Assembly: GCA_965235115.1 (NCBI GenBank)
Contig: OZ249440.1
Location: forward strand, 7,006,001 to 7,070,000
Reading direction: 5' to 3'
From: Laetmonice hystrix
Lineage: Eukaryota
DNA length: 64,000 nucleotides
Shown here: positions 1 through 21,351 of the stretch, one piece after another
Layout: each line of letters opens with the position of its first letter
Numbering within the stretch: the first letter of the stretch is position 1
The notes under the pieces: model-generated
The model's database searches: none
The model's input: the letters and a program-made list of their open reading frames with translations, nothing else
What the model was told of the DNA's origin: nothing
Translations under genes and position numbers: made by a program

Positions 1-3000
1 ACATATTGGTCAGGGATAACACAACGAGTGAATCTTAAATCACTCAGTTTCTTAAGTGAGTCCAACCACGCGATCCACTGCTGCTCAATGTGTGGAGGTA
101 CAATGTCATCCCACTTTAACTTTAACCTCGTCGTGTCTTGAAATATATGTCTGCCTCTGAGAATGATGGGGGATATGAGCCCCATAGGGTCATACATTGA
201 GGACACTCGGCTCAGTATCGAACGTCGTGTGACTCCTATACTTCTATCCATCGACTTATTGACGTAAAGGAATACGTCTCCTTCTACATCCCACATCATA
301 CCCAACGCACCACTAAACATCTCTGGGGTAATACCCCGGACCTCTGCCGCACGGTCTTCAGGTTTTATCTCTCCTAGTAGCTCTGGGTCATTGATAATCA
401 CTTTAGTCAGGTTAAACCCTCCGTAAGATAGTACTTGTTTAGTACCCTGAATAACTTCTGTTACGTCATTTGCATCATATACACTCAACATGTCGTCAAC
501 GTAGAAGCCACGCTTAACCGTGTCTTCAACCAACTGTGATGCACCAGCATCCTCTACAGTACGGCGCAATGCGTACGTACTACTACTAGCGCACCACACC
601 CCGCCGAACAGATGTGACGTCATTCTGTAGTGGCGTGTCTGGCCATTGACATCCCAGAGAAACCTCAAGGCATTACGGTCTTTCGGGGGAATTCTCACCT
701 GAAGGTACATAGCCTCCACATCTGCCATTATGGCATACTTATAAAGGCGAAAACGGAGCAAGACATCTACAAGTTTGTTATTTAAATCAGGCCCCTGGTA
801 ACACTGATTATTCAGACTGATACCCCCTTGTGAGGCTGCACAATCGAACACTATCCTCACCTTATTAGGTTTAGCAGCGCTGGTCACTGCATGGTGAGGT
901 AAATACCATACTGAACCATCAGTCAAGTGTAACTCGTTTTCAGGCACGGGTTCAGCATAACCTTTGTCGATCATTGTTTCAATGCCCTCTGCATACTTGT
1001 TCACGAGACCCTCCTTGGTTAGTTTACGTGTCAACCCATCTAACCTACATTTGGCCATGTACTCGTTATTTGGTAAGTCTGGCCGCCCATCACGCCATGG
1101 TATCGGCAAACTGTAATGCCCATTCTCATACTTGACTTCACTATCCCATAATCTGACCACCTTCTCATCTTCCACTGACATCCCCGTTATGTCATCCTCA
1201 ACCTCAACTCGCCATAGGTTTTCCACCTGCCTCTCTAAGTTAATAAAGTGAGCATACACGTCCTGCGATATCACACCAGTCGAACCTTGAATACACCAAC
1301 CCAAGTAAGTCCTCACCGCATATGGTTCACTTACATTCTTACCATTTCTCACCTCGAGTGGCTTTAATAATTGAGCATTATCCATGCCGATAAGTATCTC
1401 TACCTCATTCTGTCTGATAGGTTTTAACGGCAGATCAACCAAGTGTGGATGCTTTGCCGTGTCTGCCTCTACACTCAGAGACCTGGAGGGAATATCTGGT
1501 ACAACTAGAACATTCTTAAGCACTACTGGTTCACCGCCATCTACCGGTGACAATTCTAACGTTACCACTTGAGAAGTCGTGACCTTTGTACGTGACAATG
1601 TATTCACTTGATATACACTCTTAATGCTTGATATGTGCATACGGTTAACCAGAGACTCAGTCACAAACGTATTAGTTGACCCCGTATCAAGAAGAGCGCA
1701 TGCCTGGCTTCTACCACTCACCACTACTGGCAATATTGGAAGGTACACTTCACTCTGACCATGTACTGAAGCATTGAATACCCCCTGATCATTCTCACGC
1801 ACACCTGTGTTTCCACCAGCACCATAACGACGTCCCCCATTTACATCATGGTCATACACCCTGCGTTGACCCTGTCGGCCATAACCTGACTCTAGAGCAC
1901 CGTGCAAGAACCTTGTGTGACGTTTACCACACCCTGACACTGTACACACGAACGTACTCAGACACTTATGAGCTCTATGTCCACTCATTAAACAGTTAAA
2001 GCAAAGTTGATATTGTCTAACGACATCGAGTCTGTCTCTTGATGGCATATTTCTGAACCGCTCACACGAGAAAAGTCGGTGATTACCATTACATAACATA
2101 CAAGGGTCTTGTCGCGAGTTATTGTTTACGAGTGGAGATACATCATCAGCACTAGAGGTACACACAGCGGTAGTGGTGTTGAAGTTCGATCCGCTCCGAG
2201 GGGCAGTACTTCTGTTACGCGCGTCCAACCCATACACCGGATCACACGCCTCCGTCGCGATCTTTTTAAAGAATTTTACGAACGCGTCAAACTTAGGGTA
2301 CTGGCCTTTATCACTTTTCTCGTCCAGCGCTTTCTGCCTCCATTTAGACTTTACATATTGCGGACACCTCTGTAGTATCTCGAGGATACTGCTCTGGTTA
2401 TCTATCTCACTCGTCATGGCCAACTTTTCCAGTGCTTTCTCCGCCATAGATAAATCGTCAGCCAACTGTTGTAAGTCAATGCCCTTGGACACCAACTTCC
2501 CGGTCTTGAGCTGAGAGATGATACGTTGCGATATTAGATGATCATCACCAAAACGCGCCTTCAATATCTTAAGAGCTTCATCATACCCATCTCGGCCTCC
2601 TATCAGCGCACAGTTCCGGATGGCTGACTTTGCGGGTCCCGCGGTGTACTGAAGTAGCCTGGTCAATTTCACCTGGCTCTCCACGGCTTTCGTGTGCACA
2701 GCCTCGTTGAACACAGTAATAAATGTTTGATACTGTAATGGATCTCCACTGAAGACATCAATCTCAACTTTCGGCATAGACAAGAGATCAACCAGTTCAG
2801 TGTCACGCGCCTCATGACGATTCCCGCCAGCTGCACCCCCGTCCTTCTTGCTCTTTAGCCAATTATGGGCCGCTGAAACCCCTTGTATGTACCTGCCTTG
2901 CACTGCCTCGTACCATGTTTCACTGCTTTCGACCTCAGCGTCTGTGGTCTCCCCTCCAATTAATAGTTCGTGGTAGGTCTCATGAGAGTTCTGGAACTCA

Positions 3001-3137
3001 CCAAAAGTTCCCTTTAGTTGCTGTAGTTTGGCCTCGACGGCAGTGCTGTCGTTCTCTGCCAGGTGGCGCTGTAGGTCTCCCAGGTGACGCGTGACGACCG
3101 CCTTCCTCGCTCGTCGGCTGTTCTTGGCTGCTTCCAT
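1..3137 (-). CDS. BEL/Pao LTR retrotransposon gag-pol polyprotein, 5' part (continues past position 1)
   Basis: Manual translation from ATG at 3137 gives MEAAKNSRRARKAVV.... It contains a DUF1759-like gag region (PKVEIDVFSGDPLQYQTF...KLTRLLQYTAGPAKSAI) and three Cys-His knuckles typical of BEL gag (CMLCNGNHRLFSC, CFNCLMSGHRAHKC, CTVSGCGKRHTRFLH, ~1900-2100). It also has the aspartic protease motif LLDTGS (D at 1686-1688), the RT motifs HLFGGVWCASSSTYAL and FYVDD (492-503), and a Pao RNaseH-type segment (TRRSILSRVSSMYDPMGLISP). The ATG, protease and RT anchors share one frame; a stop in that frame would have produced an entry in the ORF track. Confidence 0.95.
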   Translation of the reverse strand, partial: MEAAKNSRRARKAVVTRHLGDLQRHLAENDSTAVEAKLQQLKGTFGEFQNSHETYHELLIGGETTDAEVESSETWYEAVQGRYIQGVSAAHNWLKSKKDGGAAGGNRHEARDTELVDLLSMPKVEIDVFSGDPLQYQTFITVFNEAVHTKAVESQVKLTRLLQYTAGPAKSAIRNCALIGGRDGYDEALKILKARFGDDHLISQRIISQLKTGKLVSKGIDLQQLADDLSMAEKALEKLAMTSEIDNQSSILEILQRCPQYVKSKWRQKALDEKSDKGQYPKFDAFVKFFKKIATEACDPVYGLDARNRSTAPRSGSNFNTTTAVCTSSADDVSPLVNNNSRQDPCMLCNGNHRLFSCERFRNMPSRDRLDVVRQYQLCFNCLMSGHRAHKCLSTFVCTVSGCGKRHTRFLHGALESGYGRQGQRRVYDHDVNGGRRYGAGGNTGVRENDQGVFNASVHGQSEVYLPILPVVVSGRSQACALLDTGSTNTFVTESLVNRMHISSIKSVYQVNTLSRTKVTTSQVVTLELSPVDGGEPVVLKNVLVVPDIPSRSLSVEADTAKHPHLVDLPLKPIRQNEVEILIGMDNAQLLKPLEVRNGKNVSEPYAVRTYLGWCIQGSTGVISQDVYAHFINLERQVENLWRVEVEDDITGMSVEDEKVVRLWDSEVKYENGHYSLPIPWRDGRPDLPNNEYMAKCRLDGLTRKLTKEGLVNKYAEGIETMIDKGYAEPVPENELHLTDGSVWYLPHHAVTSAAKPNKVRIVFDCAASQGGISLNNQCYQGPDLNNKLVDVLLRFRLYKYAIMADVEAMYLQVRIPPKDRNALRFLWDVNGQTRHYRMTSHLFGGVWCASSSTYALRRTVEDAGASQLVEDTVKRGFYVDDMLSVYDANDVTEVIQGTKQVLSYGGFNLTKVIINDPELLGEIKPEDRAAEVRGITPEMFSGALGMMWDVEGDVFLYVNKSMDRSIGVTRRSILSRVSSMYDPMGLISPIILRGRHIFQDTTRLKLKWDDIVPPHIEQQWIAWLDSLKKLSDLRFTRCVIPDQY

Positions 3138-3225
3138 GATGGCTTGCCGTACTTGTACCACTCGCTGGCCGTAGACGTCCTTCCGTACTGTTGTTCAGAG
3201 TCATGGGCAGGAAGAAGGCGGCGTC

Positions 3226-3616
3226 TGTTTGACAAAATTGTTTTATTTTCGTTGCTTCCTTCCAAGGGGCTGGTTCCGTTACGCACGTTTTCTTCTTGAC
3301 AATCATCAAAGTAACACCTACTACATACTAGGCTATATCTCACGTGGTACGGAAGGAATCCGTCCGCCCCCACTCTGTAGCCTACATCGCCTGGGTCTGC
3401 CCTCAGTCAGCGCTCCTTTCGTTCTTCCACTAACTTTATACAATGGTCCGTTTATATACATTGTGTCGACCACACACATTACCTTATATGGTTTGCAATC
3501 AAGAGCCCCCCTTCGATCCGTAACCACAACAAACAATCACGCCAGATGACGTTTCTATCTGACCGACTCGAATCCGAAAACCGTATTTACATTAGAACAC
3601 AACAACAATAACAACA
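3226..3616 (-). repeat. Putative 5' LTR of the BEL element
   Basis: On the minus strand it begins TGTTG and ends ...AATAAAACAATTTTGTCAAACA (poly(A) signal then CA), upstream of the gag ATG. No partner LTR or clear PBS is visible, so the boundaries are inferred. Confidence 0.35.
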
Positions 3617-5799
3617 TGACTTTTCGGCGCCGTTTCGGCGTTCAACAAATTACATAATAGCCTAGGCTTTTAGCCTTTATCAATTGACGCCACGTTAGGG
3701 CGACAACAATGGTGTTGTCTTATGGAATAGATTAAATCAAATTTTGTTTGAGAGAATATCTAAGGGTTGGCCTCCATTAATTGATAAATACCCTGGCAAT
3801 TATCCATGGGTGTCCCACCAGAAAATCACCTTAGAAAAATATAGAAATTTGTGTAAATATGAATATTGTTTTATATATATTAGGGGCTTCTACTTTTCTA
3901 GTTTAAAAAAATTTCTATAATAATAATATAGCCAATACTATTGTAAAGAGTAAAGCATTGACCAGTAGAAGGATCTACATGTAAAGCTTCCGTATCAATT
4001 GGCACATTTCAGAGTAGAAAGATAGTTGTTGTGTTATACCTCTACACACAAGCAATACCAGTCCAAACAATACCAGAACTATACACGTCTTCTGATATAA
4101 TGTTGTCATTAGACAAATATTCTCTTGTTGTTTGTTGCCTATTAACATTGGTAGAGAACGGGGTAATATCTTGATATTCTGATAAGAATGGAGGTTAATA
4201 CTTATTAGGGAATTATTGTTCCTAAACAATTGCTCTAAAGGAGACATCATTGATTGAAATTACACACCTTTTCTCTGAGCTGTTTCTCTTAAGCTGACTG
4301 AAATGGCATCATGGTTACTTTGTCTGTTATGCCAATACATGTACATGTATGTAGTTTGAAAGGCTTTAGCTTTTCCAGAACCCATTAAATTTAACATTTC
4401 TTTATGCAAGCAGTTATGAAATAGCATAATTTATAAGTGTTTATGTTGACCTTGAAAACCGCATGGAAACCCATAATAATCGGATGTAAACATTCAAACA
4501 AGGCATAATTAGTTTGTCACCTGGGTGATAAACTGTCGCAAGTTTCTGCAATGGTCCATAATGTAGTCGGGTCAGGTAAAACTTTGCTAAGGCAGGACAT
4601 TGAATTATTAATTGCAACATGTAATCAATTCGTTTGATTTTTGAAGATATTTCATAGTACATGGAGCTAATAGCAGGAATTGATTTTTCAATGACGATTT
4701 TGTGGCTTGTGTTGTTGACTGCCAGAACTGTTTCCATGGTTGCACAAATAAGCAGTTCATTGCGGGAACTGCTCTTCACTCGGTATTATACGTAACTGTT
4801 GGCAGGCCCTGTTAGTTACTGTTAGCAAGTTCATTAACTGTACTGCCTATTGTGTAGTCAGGCCACTCCACGGCATGATTTTCTAAATATCCATGTGTTT
4901 GATGATCATTGGTCAGGAAAATAGAATTGGAGAATTTTCATAAATAAAATTATTTCATGATTTTTTTAATGGCTAGAAGCACCACTATTATATTCATGAC
5001 ATAATGTTCTTTCAATGAATTGAGTCACATTTGTACCTATTGAAAAGCCGACAATTGTCTAAAAAGAAGGTGTTTCATATTCAACACATCGCGACGTACT
5101 TTTTTTTATTTTGGGCCAAAGTGAGAGAGAAACTGCTTGGGAAAAAAAAAATGAAAGGAGAACGTTGCTTTGCTTTCACTGTTGTCCCTTTAGTCATGGA
5201 AAGAGTGTACAGCGCTGAACTTTCGACAGCTCCGATATATCAGTCTGTTTTTCCGGAATGTTGATATTGGCGTGCGCTAAGATTGGTCAGGAGGAGATCA
5301 AGTTACGACTGGGTAGTGGTAATTGGATCAAGTCATTACCCACAGGGCTCCAGTCATCATGAAATATTTACATCACTATACCACGGCACCGTCCCACCTC
5401 GTGGTCAGACCTGTTGTTTCTCTCGATGTTTGCACGGAACTTTCTATTCAGATCATTGCAATAGTCTTACACTACGTATGTCTTTATGTCAAGTTTACAT
5501 GATTGCTAGTATTTCTTTAAGTTTTCTTAACATATTATTCGCATTATAACAACAGAATTCCTATTAATTATAATGAACAAATTTTGCACTCAGTAGCTCA
5601 GCCATTGTCGGGCACCACCCACCCTTCAAGTTCAATTGGCTTAAATTGTACTTTTTGACGTCAGCGTATTTCAGAAGCAAAGTTTTTATGGAGTGGTTTT
5701 TCCGATGAGTAGTATGTGTGCCATTTTCTATTATTAAAATGTTAGATCATCTTTGATTAGAATAGTTCGTTTACCATTTCTCATGGGACACTAGCCACC

Positions 5800-5850
5800 A
5801 TGCCAGAGAACCAGTACCGAGTTACAGTAGAATGTGATGGTCTGCTAAAG
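5800..5850 (+). CDS. Candidate first coding exon of HECTD2 (MPENQYRVTVECDGLLK)
   Basis: GCCACCATG Kozak context, 17 open codons and a phase-0 donor AAG|gtataa, compatible with the downstream phase-0 exons. No recognisable homology. Confidence 0.4.
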
Positions 5851-6711
5851 GTATAATACCGCTGCGGTAGGATTGTCGCTGGCCCCAAACACTACACCTT
5901 GACCAATAAATACTGGAATAATGGATCTATCATCGCCTGGTGGATGTGTTTTTCAGATCTTTTTCAAATTTATTAACGATAGCTGATATTTCAAAGTGCG
6001 TGAACTTCTGATACCTTGTAGTAGAATCAGGAACAGTGGAACCTGACTTAGAACTCAATATCAGGTTCCCATGACACATGAATTACCTTTTTTGCCTGAG
6101 CACAGTAACGACGCAAAGGGTGAAAAGTAAATGCCCCAAAAAATGCGGGTTACCACCTGTTTGTCGCCCCCACCAGTTTGTTAAAAGCCTCTAAATAAAC
6201 TTCTATGACATGTCTGTCTTTGCCCGAATTATTTTCTGTTTACCCCAACTTATCTCCCCACCCAGAATTTTGAAGTGTCGGCCCTGTTTGAGCAGAACCC
6301 CTGTAAATTAGTGTAATGTCCTTGATTCTACATGTCGTATGTGCAGCCCGCCATTGTAAACTCAAGGTCCTGTGTACATGATATGTCAAGGGTAGAGCCG
6401 GGGTTATCGATCACAAACTGATATTGATCAGTGGACCTTGAAGCATGATGGATGGGATTAATTTATAATTCTCGGTTTTGTGTATGCCAACACTTACCAT
6501 ACCTTGTCTTTGTGAGGTTTGGGTAAGGTGCCACGGCCTTGTATTCTCTGATGTCGAATGAATAATTTAACCTGAAAACTTGGCATGTTTTGTAAGGAGA
6601 ACTATAGAGGGTTGAAATTGTGTTATATATAGCAGAAAAGAGGTGTGTTGTGGTACTTTGAACTGCTTGTAGAAGGGCCAAGATTGAGAAACTGAAGCGT
6701 TATCCCTATAG

Positions 6712-6804
6712 GTATATAATATGCAAGAGCGGAAGAAAAGAATATTTACCGGTACCATAACTAATTTGTTTGAAGAATTTGGTATATCCAGTGCTGAGGT
6801 GAAG
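6712..6804 (+). CDS. Candidate second coding exon of HECTD2 (VYNMQERKKRIFTGTITNLFEEFGISSAEVK)
   Basis: ccctatag| acceptor, AAG|gtcagt donor, 93 nt open in phase 0-0, followed by a 97-nt intron to 6902. No recognisable homology. Confidence 0.4.
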
Positions 6805-6901
6805 GTCAGTTCACATCTTGCGCTGAGTTAAAATTACACAACCCTGGCAGTTACTAAGACTGAATGGGTGGCGATAATCATCTTTTCTTTAACTTTTCCA
6901 G

Positions 6902-16832
<9,931 letters not shown>

Positions 16833-19800
16833 CGGGCGACACGGAGGTTTGCGAGTATCTGGGTGGTTCGATCGAAAGGCTTACTCAAGCCAACAGTATT
16901 TAATGAGCCCTAAGGGTTTTGAAATACTTACCGCTGAGTAATAAGTATTAATTTGCACCGATTTTCAAAAACAAAGTTAACTGATGTTGTCTATAACCTG
17001 TCATAATTTATTTACACAGGCCAGGGTACAAGCTGTACAATATAACAGGGGTACAGTTTAAAATGAAAATTTATATCATCAAGATCCAAAATATTGGGTT
17101 TAAAACAGGATTCAGAACAGTTTAACTCACTTGTGTATAGATCTATAGGTACGTGTCTAGATCTCTCCCGAGCATCATGTCTCTCCCTCTGTCCGTTATC
17201 ATTCATGGAAACTGTTGCATCAGAGAAGAGAACATGTTTTTCGTCTGATTTATTTTATGTAACCCTTACCACGAATTGATTCAGATTTATTGGAAGTCAA
17301 GAACATTTAGCTTGACTGTCCTAGTGAATTATTGGGTCCTGCTCGTCCCTAAGAACTTATTGAAGTTAGCGTTAGAGATCTTATATAAAGGACGGGACGT
17401 CACGATAGCGGCGTATACTTCCCGCCAGACGGCGCCTCCAGTCATCAACGTAATCTTGACAGAAAATCGTTTTATTTCGCCCGTGTTTGAAACGACGAGG
17501 TGGATTGCAAGCGGTACGGGATTCGCACGAACTTTTCCAAGGCGTGAGGTTTTTTTCAACAAGGAAAGGTTTTTTTGAAAGCTTGGCACAAAGCCGTCCA
17601 CCACGCGCGCCAACTTGTTGATTGAATCGGTTCTGTTTTGTGGTAGGGATTGGAAGGTGGGGGGGGGGGGGGGGTCGCCCTCCCCCGTTCGCCCTCCCCC
17701 GTTCGCTACCCACCCCAGGGACTGGACCCGTTCGGAGGCCGTAACTGTTCACCAAGTTTTACCAAATATTATATAGTCATTGGAAGGGAACCATAACAAC
17801 GGATTGCCCCGGGTCCCATTCCCGGGGCACAGTTAATTGGCGAATAGACTCATAATGAGGTAAGTTATTGCACAACAAGGGGTGTGGAATACGCTACGAA
17901 TTCATTATTAGTATTGGCAGGAATGCGTAATAGAAAATTAAATTTGAGGAATTAGATGTCAGCCCTCCGTCCTGTAAAATTGTTGGTTGATTATTGGTGT
18001 TTTTATCCGTGCTTTGGCATTGAAGTAGGTATAAAAAATGTTTAATTGAAATACAAAAATATACCGTCCAGATATCGGTGAAAATAAGACTTTTATACGT
18101 TAGGATATAATTTTAAACATATATATAGGCCTACATCATTAAAAAAAAGTGTTATTTATTTGAAGGTTGTTGATATTGTGATCACTTGATAGAAAGAACC
18201 TGCATGCTTCCCGCCAACATATTATGACAGGTGATTGGTTCTAGCGAAGTGTAATATGCACTTTTGCAAAGAAAACCTAACAAATAGGTTTGACGGCATG
18301 GCAAATGCTAGTGCCGCTGTCACGTGTCCTTTTGTAAGGCGTTGTTCTTACCTTGCACGATTAATGGGTGTAAATATACATGATAATTATATCGATATTG
18401 TTATATAATGTGTATTATATTATACCTTACTGTGCTGTATGTGATGACATTTTTGTGGATACACATTATACAGTATCATGTGTATCTATGCTGATTGTTA
18501 GCCTCAAATCAGCTGCGATCCTCACGCTGATGGCAGACTAAAGATGAAATAGCTTTTATACACACTCGGCGATTTTATCTGATGTTAGCAAGTACTACAA
18601 GGACGCGGCAAATTGTTGTTGACCGCGGTTATGGTCCCCGTCAGTGGGCCCACGCTTGACATGCATGGGCCTGAGGCGTCAGCATTTATATTTGGAAGAT
18701 CTGTGATCATATATTGCAAGTTGAGAGTGAAAATGGAACGCTCCCTATGAACGGTTGTTTTAAAGACAATTGTAAGAGTGGCCAGTCATTCCGTTTTGTC
18801 TGGCTTCACATGATATCATAATACCCGTACATGGGGGTATTATTTTTCCCCAGCGATCGTGAAATGACTAAACAACTGCCGATCTAATAATGATCTGAAA
18901 AGAAATATTTGTCTTATCAACGCTGTAAGATTTTATCTAATGCTCAGTTTTCCACCAGTAATTGCTGTGATGAGGCCTGGCACCAGCTTATATGTGCATC
19001 TCTAACAGCTTACGAATACATGTACATATCTTATTTCACGGGACTAGCTTGCCTTGGCTATGGGTGGGTTCAACGTCTACCACCAAAGTAGGGCCTAAAC
19101 ATGTTATAATACTCGCCGAGACTTGAGTCCAATGTAACTCAAAGTGTACATTCCAGTGCGTGTTATGTATGTTGGATGGTGATAGAGTATAAAAGGACCA
19201 GGTATGAATGTAATTTACGTGTGAAAGTCTTGATTTAATGCATGCATGCTGAAGGTGACCACTTGGCCATTTAATATTGTTATATCAGGTCCCTGTTCTA
19301 TAACAGATCAGTGGACGTTAGCATTCATTTATAAATAGTCATGTGAGAGCATTTTAACACGTGGGCAAATCTACTGATATTTGTATCATCCTTTTAGTTG
19401 GCTTTTGTCTCTTCATTAGAGTAGAAATCTATATTCGACAGAGAACAGCGTCCATGGCAATTGGTCTAGGCAACCGAGGGCACCGAGGGAACGACATGAG
19501 TCGTTCATATATTCTGTCAATGATCTTTTCGCGTGTGAGCTGAGACAATAAAAAGAGCGATTCCCGATTCTTTACTTGAACGGTTTAGTTTTGTGGTTCT
19601 GTGACTGTACGAGCACGGGTGTAGAACTTGTATAGTCGCGGGCTCCGTGGGGTTGGCGTGAGGCGGTAGTTGTAGCCGGTGAGAACGTTTCATATGATAA
19701 TGGAGCTCTCTCAGAATACCCCCAGAATACGGTTGGATCCAACCGCGCAAATAATTATTAATTAATACGGGCGGGGCGTTGGGGGGGGGGTTACTTGACG

Positions 19801-21337
19801 TGGAATGAGTAGTTCAGAGGTATGCCCAATAGATAGGCCCCTATAGCCTACTACAAGCATAGGCCTAGATTTCTAAAACCCCTCCTGGTTTTATTCCTTG
19901 CTTTTATTGTTACGAATTGTGACCCTCATCCGTGTTAACGTATCACATAACTGCTGGTAAGAAAATGTTGGGATTGACATTCGAGCCGCCAGTTCCGACG
20001 TTCGGGAATGTGGATCTTTGAGTGGCAAGCTGTTGTTTTAAGCCATCGGGTCGCCGACAGGTGGCGCACTTGTAGCCAAGATTATCTGGCCTCTTGTAGT
20101 CGGATGTCCCGCTAGGTGTCGCCTCGGTCTCCCGCTTGGCACTTGGCGTCCTCGTGTGATGCTGAGATACTGAGCGAGCGTTGTCCTCTCCGACCGACGT
20201 CTTAGACACCAATCGTTGTTGTATTAGTAAATGACATATAAAACTAGGGTTATTTCTCATAATGTGGACATTGACATGGTCCCCGCATAACTTGCGTATA
20301 ACCATCTAGATTCTTCTCGAATTACATACCTCTAACGTATAGTAGGAATGGCGGGAACCATCTTATGTTTCAAATAGTTTCAGTCGGACGGTTCGTGTCA
20401 TAATCCGTACGACGCACAACTGTTTCCTATATAAATATGGTAACAGTAGCCGGTGTACAGTTTTATATCCTTTTACTTTAATCATTTACTTTTATTGAAA
20501 GCAGTAAGGAAGGCATGGCACACTCGTGGTCCATCAGTGAACCTGCCGATTGAAAGCCAGCAACCAGTACGGTATATTGAACCCAGGAAAACTTAATTAG
20601 CCCCCACAATAAAACGTAAAACTGAGTCTAAATGAATAATTATTGAATGCTACAAGTTCCGTGCATTCAAGTGTTGGGATGAAGAAGCTTCGGGTATAAT
20701 GGTTGTAGGCGCTATGGGTCTACAGGAACATTGATGGCTATGGGAAACTGTCGGCGGACGTATGTCAAGACATATCGGTTTTAGTCAGTAAATTCTGATA
20801 TTATTTATGATCATGACAAGGTTCATCGACGTCCTAACCTCCCTCCCCATTCCTTGTGATGCACCGGATTCCAAACGGTCGCCGGAAAACATCAGTCAAA
20901 ACGCTGGAATGCGTTCGATCGGCGTCGAATGAAAAATGACCGCCATATTTCTCCTTTAGGAACATCTGTGACATATATGCCACTCATAGGTGTAGAAAGT
21001 CAGATCATTTTACAGTATCCGCTACAGCTGGGGATTCTACACTGCGGTAAAAAGCCGGCATTAGTGCTGGCACCCGGGTAGTGTTTATCCTACTCTCCGC
21101 AAGGGGTCGCCTCCCTGCTAGTCGTACGTAGATTAATAAATCGCTTCTCTATTAACGTTTGTGTTTTTCGTATCATACTCAGGAGGCAATTTGAGAAGAA
21201 GACGCACGCGGCTCGAGGCTGGAGGGGTTGGGCTGGGGGCGGAAAACGACCTGGCCACGGGGGGGCGCTGCTGATGATTGCCGATCAAATTGAAACACTA
21301 ATCACCAATGATCGTCTGCTCTTAGTGTAAATATCCT

Positions 21338-21351
21338 CCACCAGAGGGAGC
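21338..21351 (+). promoter_or_regulatory. CTCF-like motif CCACCAGAGGGAGC
   Basis: Close match to the CTCF core CCASYAGRKGGCRS; motif evidence only. Confidence 0.5.

Larger units (their letters stand above)
1..3616 (-). mobile_element. BEL/Pao (Belpaoviridae) LTR retrotransposon, 5' half
   Basis: Single-ORF domain order gag-PR-RT-RH. The integrase and 3' LTR would lie beyond the window. The right boundary is approximate. Confidence 0.9.

Noticed and set aside
2109-2514. Plus-strand ORFs of 88 and 130 aa (also 1384-1572)
   Set aside because: Antisense shadows of the BEL gag-pol ORF.
2998-3373. Minus-strand ORFs of 103 and 119 aa at the BEL 5' end
   Set aside because: Out of frame with gag, which starts at 3137; they overlap the LTR/leader.
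19943-20305. 120-aa ORF containing CATC
   Set aside because: A single CxxC with no second zinc-ligand pair and no recognisable domain.
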